Positions 38,201 through 48,952 of a DNA stretch of 64,000 bases are shown here, piece after piece. Positions within the stretch are counted from its first letter, which is position 1. Each line of letters begins with the position of its first letter. Source of the stretch: Lingula anatina (lineage: Eukaryota; Animalia; Brachiopoda). Location: the NCBI GenBank assembly GCA_051362555.1, contig CM120640.1, positions 63,342,788 to 63,406,787 of the forward strand. Reading direction: 5' to 3'. The notes below the pieces were generated by a model, which did no database searches, was not told where the DNA came from, and was given only the letters and a program-made list of their open reading frames with translations. The translations under genes were made by a program, and so were the position numbers.

Positions 38201-41200
38201 ACAAATGATATTGGTACAGATAACTGCAAAATGGTATTTAGCTATAGTGTCTGGACCAGGGGCTCTCAAATCTTTTTCTCTAGAACCTTCTAAAATGGCA
38301 TACTGCTAAAAGTCAACCTATTTTGTAATCAACAGCACTGTGAATAAGGCAAGGTTCTTTTGCTTGTCTACCAGTTGCCATTTAGAAAACCACTATTAAC
38401 CAACTTCATGCTACCCTACAATAAACTGTCTATTCCTGCTCCCTCTTTAATCTTACCTTTGAAGGAGGTGGTAATTTTGTTCTCTGAGGCTTGTTCCGCT
38501 GTTGTTGTAGTGCTGCTGCTTGGGCTGCTGCTTGGGCTGCAGCTGCCTGTGCTGCATTACCAGGCCTCTGCTGCTGCTGCACTGGACTTGGCTGGGGTAT
38601 GGCATTTGGTTGTGAGGAGCCGATCTACAGTAAAGAAATTTCATCTCTTAGTTTAATTATATGAACACTTTAAATTAATGAATGTCTTTCAACAAGAAGT
38701 GCAAAAAGAGAAACGTTTACATGCTCAATCCATGAAAAAAAACAAACAAACAAAAAACAAACCCTCTTTCTGCCTTAGATGTAGAAATATGACCAAAAAA
38801 GAAACTGAGCTGGTATGATTGAGAATAAATTCCATTAGAGACAGCAAAAAAAAAAAAACAAGGCAGCAAAGCTGTCAAATGTACAGACAAAAAGCAGGAA
38901 ATAAAAATGCAAAAAATAGGCTACTGTCAATTCTGATGTAAAAATACATTATGCTTAACTACAAATTCAACATCAAATTTTAATTATGCTCAACAGGTAA
39001 TACCAATGTAAGTAAAATGTGTAACAAGCATAAGGCTTCAGGCCCATGGGAGTTCAAGTTCACACTTTGAAAATGCCAGAATGAGAAAAATGAAAATTTC
39101 ACACAAAATTGTATAATTCAATAATAAATGACAACCCAATTGAGCTGGCTTTCTAATTTGAACTGCATGCCAATCTTAAAAATCATACTTGTAAGTTAAA
39201 AATAAGAAGTAACACAGTTTTCTTTTCATAATTTTTGTAGTAGCAGTGCAAAAAGATTTCTGTCCATTTTTATGTAACATTATGTAATATATTACAGAAT
39301 TATTATCACCAATTTTTGATTATTGACTACAAATAGCATGGACATGTAGAAAATTTGATTACCATTCAGCTTCATGTCCATGGGAGCTCCGAGTCCCACA
39401 ATGAATATGCCAACACGAAAAAAATGAATATTTCACTAAAATGTATAACTTCCAAAAAAAGAAGCCAATTAGACTGCTTTTCCAACTCAGGCTGCATTTT
39501 AGTCCTGTGTTTCTTTTTTGAAAGTTTGACAATCATAAGTAACATGGTTTTCCCATAATGGTCATCTTGGCAGCAGCACCAAAAATTGTGTTTTCTTCTA
39601 TTTTAATGCAATATTACATAATGCTTCACAGCATAATGACCATCAACTTTTAATAATAAAATATGTGTATAATGGATTTTCAGAAAATGTGACTAGCATG
39701 GGTCTTCAAGCCCGTGGAGATTCCAAGTCACACTTTGAAAATGCCAATATGTGAAAAGTTAAATTTTCACAAAAAAAAACTGTTTAATTGCCAGAAAAAA
39801 TTTACCAAAAAGATTGCATTGCTTACTGAAGCTGTATTTTAGTCCTGTGTTTCTTTCCTGTAAGTTTAAGAACAGTAAGTGACATGGTTTTCCTTACATG
39901 GTCATCATGGAAGCAGTGCCCAAAATAGGGGTTTCTTCAAATTTTGATGCAATATTACATAATGTTTAACAGCATAATGACCATCAATTTTTAATAATAA
40001 AATATTAGTATCATGGATATTCAGAAAATGTGACTAGCAAAGGTCTGCAGGCCCATGGAACTTCAAAGTCACACCTTGAAAATGCCAAAATGTAAACAAG
40101 ACAGCACTGTTCTGAAATGGGTGTTTTCCCATTTTTAACAATTTTCTAACATAAAACAAAATTAACAGTTTACTGCCATTTTTATATGATCAACTAAGAA
40201 AATTGATGAGATGGGAAAAATATCAATAGAATAGTGTTAAATGTCCAATTTCCTCCATTCTGAGATTCTGAACATAGTGAATGATTCAATCTTACAAACT
40301 GAAATGATATGAGTTTATTTCCATTTTTGAAACTTTATTACACAATGCACGATAACAAGTTTACCATCATTTTTACAAAATCAACTAACAATGTTATAAA
40401 GATGCAGGATATGTCAAACAAACACTTTTGCGTATCTTATTAGTTAAATAATGAGACTGTTAACATGCCTAAGAACTGAATCTGAGGAAATTTGAAAAAA
40501 CAGCATAACTTCTAAAATAATGGCCCGATTATGCTGATTTTCGAACTCAACCTGCGTTTTAGTAAGACTGACCACTACTGTGAGTTTAATGACAATTGGT
40601 CTATCTGTTTTTCTTATATTGTGTTTACAATGTTGCATATATGCTGAAAAATGAAAAAACAGCATAAGTACTAAAATAGTGGCCCGATCATGCCGATTTT
40701 CGAACTTGACCTGCGTTTTAGTAAGATTGATTACTCCTGTGAGTTTCATGACAACAGGCCTAACGGTTTTCCTTTAAATGTGTTTACAAGGTTGCATATA
40801 TGCTGAAAAGTGAAAAAACAGCATAACTTCTACAATAATGGCCCGATCATGCTGATTTTCGAACTTGACCTGCGTTTTATGAATATTCATCAGCTCTGTT
40901 AATATAAAGCCAAAAAGTAAAACTGCCTTCCACTTATCGTGTTTACAAGGAAAGTGCACGGCGCCGGCGACGGCGACGGCGACGACAGACGCAGGTGATG
41001 GCAATATGTACAGACACATCTGTGTCTGTACATAAAAAAAAAAAAAAAATTGCTATAGCAGAACTGACTTACCCCAACTGCATTCTTGATAGACTCAGTA
41101 GCTTGCTTTGCAAACTGACTCTGGTAAAACTGAGACTGAGAAGAACCACCAGCACCAAGACTACTAGGGACACCTACAGTTGAATTGACCATCAGACCTG

Positions 41201-44200
41201 TGCTGCTCCCCAGTGAACTGACTCCAAGAGATGATGTAGTGGACAAAGAGGCATCCTGGGTTTGTTTAGGCAAGAGTACATCAAGGTCCAGCCTGTAAAG
41301 CAAACATAAGAAGGTTGATGATAATGGTTACTTGTACCTTATCAATATAAACTTGGGTTTAGGCATATTGATAGAGGTCAAAAATTTATAGAGATCAAAT
41401 TTACTCATTTACTATGAATGAAATAATATGACAAAGCAGACATGCTGAAACTGTCGGTCCGATCGGTCATGGCTGGCAAAATTTGTCTGGACCAGTAAAA
41501 AATTGGACTTGGTCGGTCCAAAGGACTGACAAGAGTTTTAAGAGTGGCAATTTTGAATTTACAGTCATCATTCAACATACTTCGCTAAAAAAATTATATA
41601 AAACCCAAAGCGTTTTTTCCCTTCCATTTCAAGCCTATCACATTCACAAACAAAGTAAGCTACCCTAATCAAACTGGTAGTATCTGTCTCAAACAAATAG
41701 GGCGATTTATGGTCCAACAAAAAACCATTCGGTCCGGCAAATTTTTCATTACTGCCGGTCCAAATGTCCGGCCATTCTGAAAAGTTTTCAGCATGTCTGC
41801 AAAGTCAACTTTTCCTACTCTTCCCAAATAGAAACATTATATATTGTGGTCAATTGTTGTCAGAATTTATTATCTTTACCTTGTATACCCATCCCCACTG
41901 CGAATGCTTGGAGAATTAGAACTGAACACAGAGTTGGCTGTGACATCAGCTGTAGTCATGGCCGCACTGGAGAAAGCATCCATACTGGAGGCTGTAGAGG
42001 CAGAGAAGGTATTGGTGCTGACAGCTGCTGATGCACTTGGGGTGAAGACCTGTGTCTCTGACAGCTGAAACATAGCAGAATATCTAATGCAAGAACTCAA
42101 TCACAAACAGGTATGTTCAGGGCAATGTGGCCAAAGTGTTGTTGAACATGTAGGCATTTTGCTATCAAACTGTTTATCAAAATGGAGAAGAATAGCAGTA
42201 GGTCTTTTTAATTATAAGTTGAAACAATCAACATGGAATTTACAAATGATTACTTACATTGCCAGTCCATTCCTCATCCCAGTTATCTATGGAATCTGCC
42301 CAATCTGGAAAATCAGGTTCAAGGTGATTATCATGATCAACTGTCATTAAGAACATGTAATAAGTGATATTCGTAAAGAAAAAAAATAGAAACTGCCGAC
42401 CGCTGCAAAGGTAAAATTATAATTTAAGCATCAGTGTCACTTTTTTTTGTCTTTTCTCTTATTATGAACAGCATGAAGATATGAAACTTACTGCTATTGC
42501 CCTTCTCTGCATTTTCAGCTACTTCATTAGTCCATGTATCAATTTCTGGTCCCTTGTCAAACCTTGCACCTCCACTGCCAGGCACACTACCCCCACTTCT
42601 GGAACCGAAACCACCTCTGGATAGGAAAAATATTTCATCACAAACCTATTTATTATTTATCCCTTTCTCAAGAAAATGCAAAGTTATAATAAAGGAAAAT
42701 GCCTAATAACATGTTTAACTCTAATCTAAGGAACATGAGCGAGTCTTAAAAAAACAATCTACCTTCCTCTTCCACCTCTGCCTCTAGCAACGCCTCCTCT
42801 TCCTCTGCCCCTGCCTCGCTCTCCTCTTTCTGGTCTATCTCTACTGAAGTCTCTGTTATTCTCTCTATTTTTCTCATTCTCTTCCTCTTCTCTGCCTTTC
42901 CCTATTTAAGGCAAAGGAAGAAGTCATAATTTGATTCACTCAATAGATTCTTCCACTTCAAAACAATCAGGCATGTCACAAAAGAATTTAAGTGTGTGCA
43001 AATTTCAACAAGGTACTGATACTTAATACACATTTTTATGCTTTTTTACACAATACATATACCATAGATAGACCAGCCTGAACTGATTCACTAGTCTTTT
43101 CTTCGAATGCAAATTTTTCTTATTTCAATAAAGAGACTTTAATACATGATGAAAAATCATCCGGTAGAAGACTTACAGTTTCTGTTTGCACTTCCACCCC
43201 TTGAAAGCCTGGGTGGAGCATTTCTGGCTCCCCTCCTTGGTGCATTGTCTCCACGATCTCTCGACTCCCCTCTTTCACGATCCAGTTTTGTGTCAGATTT
43301 ATTGTTTACCAGTGGTGTAGGGTCTGAATTTTGTTGTGGTAGCTTCTTTTTCTTTTTGCCAGTCTCTTGCCACTCTCCCTGTTTAAAATATAATTGAAAA
43401 CTTCAGTAAGTTTCATGGCATGCTTTTTATTCCATATTTATTACTCTGTTGGACAAAATTTATTCCCATATGCCAACTTCACTTTTACTCGGGAAATAAT
43501 TAAACCTCTAAATCATTTCATACCAAAAAAATTTAGTTTAGGCAAATTTCAGATGATAAACATCGTTTTTAAGCTCTTGTATTGATGCTGTTTAGTTATG
43601 TAATTTTTTTATTCTACAGGTGGTGACCTGAAACATAAAGCACCTACCTGATCATTATCCTCCAAAAGCTTGTTGATTGCTCGGTTTGTGTCATGATCAC
43701 AGTCATGCAGAGCTATGGCAACTTGATCTGCTGTCTTGTTGGTCACATCCATGACCTATAGGAATAAATACAGATCTTTTAAAAACAAAACATACAATTT
43801 ATCATAACACCATGGAAGTGATCTAAAATCCCTGCAGTCCATTTGGGACCTAATAATGTATATAATTGAAAATATACATATTCAAAGATGAGAATAAGCA
43901 ATGACTGTAAGATGAAATATCCATGGAGCCATAAGAAATTTAAATATAATACTGATTTTGATATTATTACTTGTCTTATTTTCTCCTGAATTTGGGGGTC
44001 ATCAGATTCCATCTTGTCTGATGTCATGTGTGCAATGCGTATCTGTTCAGCTGTTGCCTGAAAGACAAAAATCAAAGCATTACTGAACTGTATTTACAGT
44101 TGTCACATTTTCAAATTGATTTTTTTCATATTTAAACTGTATACCAATACCCAACTACAATTATCTTAGCTAAGTTGATATGGTTTAATATAATAAAAGT

Positions 44201-44516
44201 CAAATAAATTGTTTTAGGCCTGAATATGTTAAATGCATGTGCAAACATGGCAACATTCTAACCACCATATTTAAAATTTGTTTCATAATGATTTAATCTA
44301 TAAGAGATGTCAACTTCACTACAAAACAAAGTCACTTGAAAGCTACGTCAATCCATCAAATGAAGCAAGAAATTTATCCAATATAACATAACCAGTTACT
44401 TCACATACCTGGGGGGCTTTAGATAGAGGGGGTCCCTCTGCCTTAGCATTCTGTGTCTGTTTTGTGGACTTGTCCTTACTACCTCTATTAGCACGCGAGG
44501 TGCCTGTGGAACTCAT
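32264..44516 (-). CDS. UBAP2L: Ubiquitin-associated protein 2-like / lingerer
   Basis: About 21 coding exons. Examples: 44516-44409 (start), 44057-43971 (ATAEQIRIA), 43755-43648 (UBA: VAIALHDCDHDTNRAINKLLE), 43378-43177 (GEWQETGKKKK), 42901-42763 (RGG), 42065-41880 (LSETQVFTPS), ~37995-37841 (DUF3697: AVEMP...LDVQFGSL), ~36812-36154 (S/Y/Q/G low complexity), ~35535-35284 (PNLPPGV...YSYEDLQ), 32914-32752 (SFEKQGFHGTPPPF), 32359-32264 (..YWAN*). Co-orthologous to UBAP2 and UBAP2L. Some internal boundaries are approximate. Confidence 0.9.
39030..40095 (+). repeat. Tandem array, ~3.2 copies of a ~335-bp unit
   Basis: The anchor CCCATGG...CAAGTCACAC.TTGAAAATGCCA recurs at ~39040, 39377, 39710 and 40050. 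Confidence 0.8.
40490..40880 (+). repeat. Tandem array, ~2.5 copies of a ~159-bp unit
   Basis: AAAAACAGCATAA...ATGGCCCGAT.ATGCTGATTTTCGAACT..ACCTGCGTTTT at ~40495, 40654 and 40813. Confidence 0.85.
41437..41799. mobile_element. Non-autonomous DNA transposon, CAG...CTG ends, 5-bp TSD CAAAG (hAT5-like)
   Basis: Perfect 14-bp TIR CAGACATGCTGAAA / TTTCAGCATGTCTG; CAAAG at 41432-41436 and 41800-41804; repeated internal CGGTCC motifs. Confidence 0.8.
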
Positions 44517-44597
44517 CCTTTACAGGAATCTATATACAAAATTTACAAATCTGAAATTAGAGAATGGGAATAATGGAATTATTACTTCAAACACTTT

Positions 44598-44854
44598 GGC
44601 TTCGTTCACATGCAATGTCTATTTTCTAAATTCTATTTTCTATTCGCGGTATGTCTTATGATCACGGTCTGTGCACTGAATATCCCGCGGCGTAATTACT
44701 GGCAGCGCGAGCCAGTTACTATAAGTTACTATAAGTAACTGGCTCGCGCTGCCAGTAATTACGCGGCGGGATATTCAGGGCACAGACCGTGATCATAAGA
44801 TAGCGCGAATAGAAAATAGAATTTAGAAAACAGACATTGCATGTGAACGAAGCC
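44598..44854. mobile_element. Near-perfect 257-bp palindromic MITE (Harbinger-like GGC...GCC ends)
   Basis: GGCTTCGTTCACATGCAATGTCT...GAGCCAGTTACT pairs with AGTAACTGGCTC...ACATTGCATGTGAACGAAGCC, with few mismatches and a short loop. TTT flanks both ends. Confidence 0.85.
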
Positions 44855-45945
44855 TTTATGAAGGAGCACAGAGGGCAAGAAATGTTCAGAAAAGAATACA
44901 GCTGGTGGGACTTGAAAAGAATGACCTAGAACAGTGCAAGATGGTGAAAATACTGTCAACAGCATGTTCCATATTGTGGAAAGGAGAAAAAGCTGGTAAT
45001 CAGAACTAGAGAGTCCATTCAAGCCAACATCTTATAACAAAAGCCCTGATGATGAATAAAAAGAATCAGCCCATGCCTAAAATGTCCATGTCTATTAACA
45101 TCATCCTAAAATGTCCATGTCTATTAACATCATCCAATAAATTAAGACTGCTTGATAGTTTATCCTACCAAGGTGCCTGCAGCAAAATAAAACAGAGTTC
45201 AATTGTTTCAGTTATGGTTCAGTTACAACCACACAGGAGGGGCAGTTGTATACTTTTGTATCGAAATATTTCTGACTGGATCCATATTATTGTGGCAAGA
45301 AAATTAATATTTCATAATCCTTTAAGCCAGATGCACATCTTCTAATTTTGCTAAAAGATTTAAATTTGGCAGGTAGATTATGTAAACCCCTAATCTATTT
45401 ATAAGGCCTGAATACCATGAAATCATAAAAACAACTTCCTATTAAATATACTTTTGTAAATTTAAGATTTGAAAAAGGATGGATTTTCTTAAAAAGCCAA
45501 ATATATTTATGACCAAAGCTATATGAAGTAGAGCTTGGTATTTCAATGAGGTTCTTACTCTAGTTTAATCCCACTAGAGAGGTATTTAATTTTTTTTTCA
45601 TGTAATACTATTCCTTGAACCAGTATGTTTTTTTATCCTTCTTATCAGTATGTATTTGTGTCAAGCAACATTGAATGGTCATCATAAAAAATGGCTCATT
45701 CTGTCACATATCAGAAATTCAACAGTTTAATTTGCAGATTCCGAAATGTCCTTCAGGGCTTGGCAAATGATGAAATTCACTTTGAATTGTAGAAGGCAAT
45801 AAAATATTGACTGGAATTCAACTAAGATCCTAAAATAAGAGTCATCTGATATCCCACACAAAATAAAAAAGGGAATCAACATCAGCCATCACCAGCCATC
45901 CATAAAAAGAGATTGGAGGGGGGGGGGAGCAATCTACCTGACATT

Positions 45946-46050
45946 TATAAGAGGGTCCTGGCCGCTATAGCAATGTAGCGATTTGGGGTGAGTGCAGAAA
46001 AATCACCGACCAGTCCAGGAATCGAACCCGGGACCCCTCACTTACAGGAT
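45946..46050 (-). mobile_element. tRNA-derived SINE fragment
   Basis: The minus strand reads GGTCCCGGGTTCGATTCCTGG, a Pol III B-box/T-arm at ~46015-46035. No intact A-box or cloverleaf. Confidence 0.6.
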
Positions 46051-46699
46051 AGCTGTCAGTGGGTAACCAAATCTACTCACATTAGCCTGATGAAGGCCCA
46101 CGTCCAGGTCAGTCGTAAGCTAACGGTATGAAAGTATTTCAGCTTAAGCTTGCAATTGATAATTATCATACATAACTACCAAGCTAATGAACATTTTTGC
46201 TCATTTGAAAGATGTTCTTCAGTCATAATCCAAAAAGCATATGTGGTATCAAGCGGCAAAAAATTGAATTTGATTTTGATTTGTGTATTGCTATTTTCAA
46301 GTTTATTCCACAAAACAGTGGGTAAAATTAAATGACCAGTCAATCAGTCAGTTTCAGTTTTCGCACCCTTATTCAACAACGTGAATCATGAATAGGTGAT
46401 GGAAATCTTGCGATTGGACAAGTAATTATATACTTTTATACAAAAAGTGGGAGCAATCAAGAAATCCATCCAATTTATACATGTGTTAAAATGCATTTTA
46501 GCCAAGAGATTTGTTGTTGATTACAGGTGACCGGCACAAACGTCATATTTTCTTTCATGCCAACACACATGCCATGTGACGCCATGCTGAATTTTCATCA
46601 AATTTCGTTCACGAATATAGAAACTGCTGCTTAAGGAAGAAGACTTTTCTTGAAATAAGATGGATCCCCAACTCTTACACTAAAAAACGAGCAAAGTTG

Positions 46700-47300
46700 A
46701 TTAACATACCGTACTCGGAAGCCGTTAATACATATACAGTTATAAGAGTCTCACCTGGTACTGCGCTCACAAAAGCTTTCAGGTCACGTGATTTTTCACA
46801 GAATTCGCGCCGCCATCATGTTTCCGAAGATGACGTGAGGAAGGGTTTCCCAGTGTTTTCTTTTGAAATATACTGCTATGTTAACATTCGTTTGTCTTGT
46901 GTAACTGTATTTGACGTGAACGTAATTTCCTAGTGTGTTTTAATTTTCTAAGATAAAATAAAGGAATATAAAAGGAGTTGAATCACATTGGCGGAAATAG
47001 CCGAAAATTAATGAGCAGGGATTTCCATTTCAGTGATTGATATTGTATATAAAAACAAAAGACGTACCAGGCATTGAACATTATCAAGATATGATTTAGA
47101 TATTTATAAGTTGCATACCTCCCTTATTAAGTCATAGCTTAATAAATAATAGCAAATTTGAAGAAAGAAATAGTAGGTCAAAGGTCAACGAATACATAGG
47201 AAATTTATTGTCGTAAAAACCAATCATATGACAGAATACAGCTTCATTTGCATAAGGTAGCATCAGGTAAGATGGCGTTTGCTTGGGCTCTGTGATGCAC
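46700..47300. promoter_or_regulatory. Putative bidirectional promoter and non-coding first exons, UBAP2L / creatine kinase
   Basis: CpG-rich patch with GTCACGTGA (~46783-46791), YY1-like CGCCGCCAT (~46808), TGACGT sites (46831, 46912), minus-strand donors (~46709, 46754), a plus-strand CAG|GTAAG (47266) and a DR1 AGGTCAAAGGTCA (47175-47187). Confidence 0.6.
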
Positions 47301-48243
47301 TCGTATACTTAAGGGAATTTATTTACTTAAGAATTGACGCGCGTTCTTTGTAAGTTGCAACATGTTGTGATAACTACAGGGAATGTTTTTGTTGCCTTTT
47401 TGTGCTCTTGCAATCATTATGGTTGTAGAACCAACAGGTTGAATGCGGCCGGTTGGATGTAGATGTACAGCTAGGGCCAGGCCTACGTGCGGTGCAACTA
47501 CTAAACTACAGAAGTCAGTGTTGCAGAACACTATCAGTTTGAACTGCATTACCTGCACGTTAACATTAAACACACAGTCAGCATTTATGGTGCTAATTAT
47601 ATGTGACAATTTTCCAATACCCTTTTCGACAAAGATAAAGAGTAACGTTACGCATTAATATCCGTTTAGAATGGAAAAATACATGTAAGGTTACCTTTGG
47701 TAGAATTTAATAGATTAGGAGATCCATGCAGTTTGTTGACCAAACTATTTCCTTCTGCCTATAATTTTTGTTTATTTACATAATAACCTTATTATCAGTC
47801 ATTATTATGAGATGTTTGGCTATTCCACAATAATTATTTCAAGTAAGTTTTCCTCTCTATAACTTATTAAACTGCCATAGAATTTTAAAGTGATATCATG
47901 GAATGGCCTTTCACATGAGTCATTATAATGTAAACATTGATAGAGTATTAGGTTATCAGATGCCAGATTAAAGCATTTTTCAGATCACAGGGTTTTTTTT
48001 ATAAGAATGTGGAAAATTGATAAATTATTTTACTTTCAAAATATGGCTTTAACTTCATTTTGTAACACAACATTTTAGATATAGTTTATAAAGTTGAAAT
48101 AACTTTCACCATATTGCACACCTCACTGGTAAGTTTATCAGTTGATTTTTATCATTGCTAGGGGCTTTGGAAATGTAGTCTTCATGAGTGTATGTGTTTG
48201 TGTTAGTTTGTGATAAAGGACGTTATGAAAATTGCCTCAGTTT

Positions 48244-48460
48244 AGATTGCATTCCCACAGATGTAGATCGATCCATCTGAATCGACATAACTCCCTGGGG
48301 GTTCACGCTAAATTGCTGTCAGCTGAACGCGCACAGAAGTTATTTACCAACTTACAGCTTTTAGTAGGTGGCACAGACATTAAAGCCGGCTAAGCTAACA
48401 GTAATCTAGTGAGACTCCCCACGGGGATAGATCGATCTAAAATCTGTGGGAATGCAGTCT
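48244..48460. mobile_element. MITE with ~30-bp TIRs in the creatine kinase 5' intron
   Basis: AGATTGCATTCCCACAGATGTAGATCGATC pairs with GATCGATCTAAAATCTGTGGGAATGCAGTCT. Confidence 0.75.
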
Positions 48461-48611
48461 TATATGTATTATATGTTGCACATTTTTTAAAAATCACCTC
48501 AATTTGTCTACATGTCATGTATTATATTATTGATTTTATACCATAGTTTGATGATATTTTTTATTTCAGTTTTTTCTTTTGTGTGGACTTTCTGACTATT
48601 TAGAAACAACC

Positions 48612-48917
48612 ATGTCTGCATATTTTACAAGAAATGCCAGGAAACTGGCAGCTACTGGTGCTTTGGTTGCTGGTAGTGCTGCTGCTGGTTGGTGGTTCAC
48701 TCAATGCAATACCCATCACGCTCGCCTAGGAACCACCAATGTTCATCTGAGGTACCCTGCCAGTGCCAACTATCCTGATCTGACTAATCATAACAATGTC
48801 ATGGCTTCCAATCTAACCCCTGCAGTGAGTATTAAATGTTATGTTGTTTTGTTAGAAAAAATGTCTAGACTATTTTTTTGTAAATAAAATTTTACATAAG
48901 TGTGACTTTCTCTGCTA

Positions 48918-48952
<35 letters not shown>

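Larger units (their letters stand above)
38857..41036. mobile_element. Second HINE/Helentron-like element with two internal tandem arrays
   Basis: 5' AACAAGGCAGCAAAGCTGTC, then subterminal ATGTACAGACA (38879-38889). The 3' end has (GACGGC)n and the palindrome TATGTACAGACACA-TC-TGTGTCTGTACATA (41005-41034). A-runs flank both ends. Confidence 0.7.

Noticed and set aside
46010-46045. tRNA gene
   Set aside because: Only the T-arm/B-box is present, with no acceptor stem or D-arm, so it is treated as a SINE fragment.
46081-46140. Possible hammerhead ribozyme or Penelope-type end (CCTGATGAAGGCC...GTCGTAAGC) beside the SINE fragment
   Set aside because: The CUGAUGA box is present, but the second core reads GTAA rather than GAAA and I could not build stems I and III. 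At best a decayed relic; an Infernal hammerhead search would settle it.
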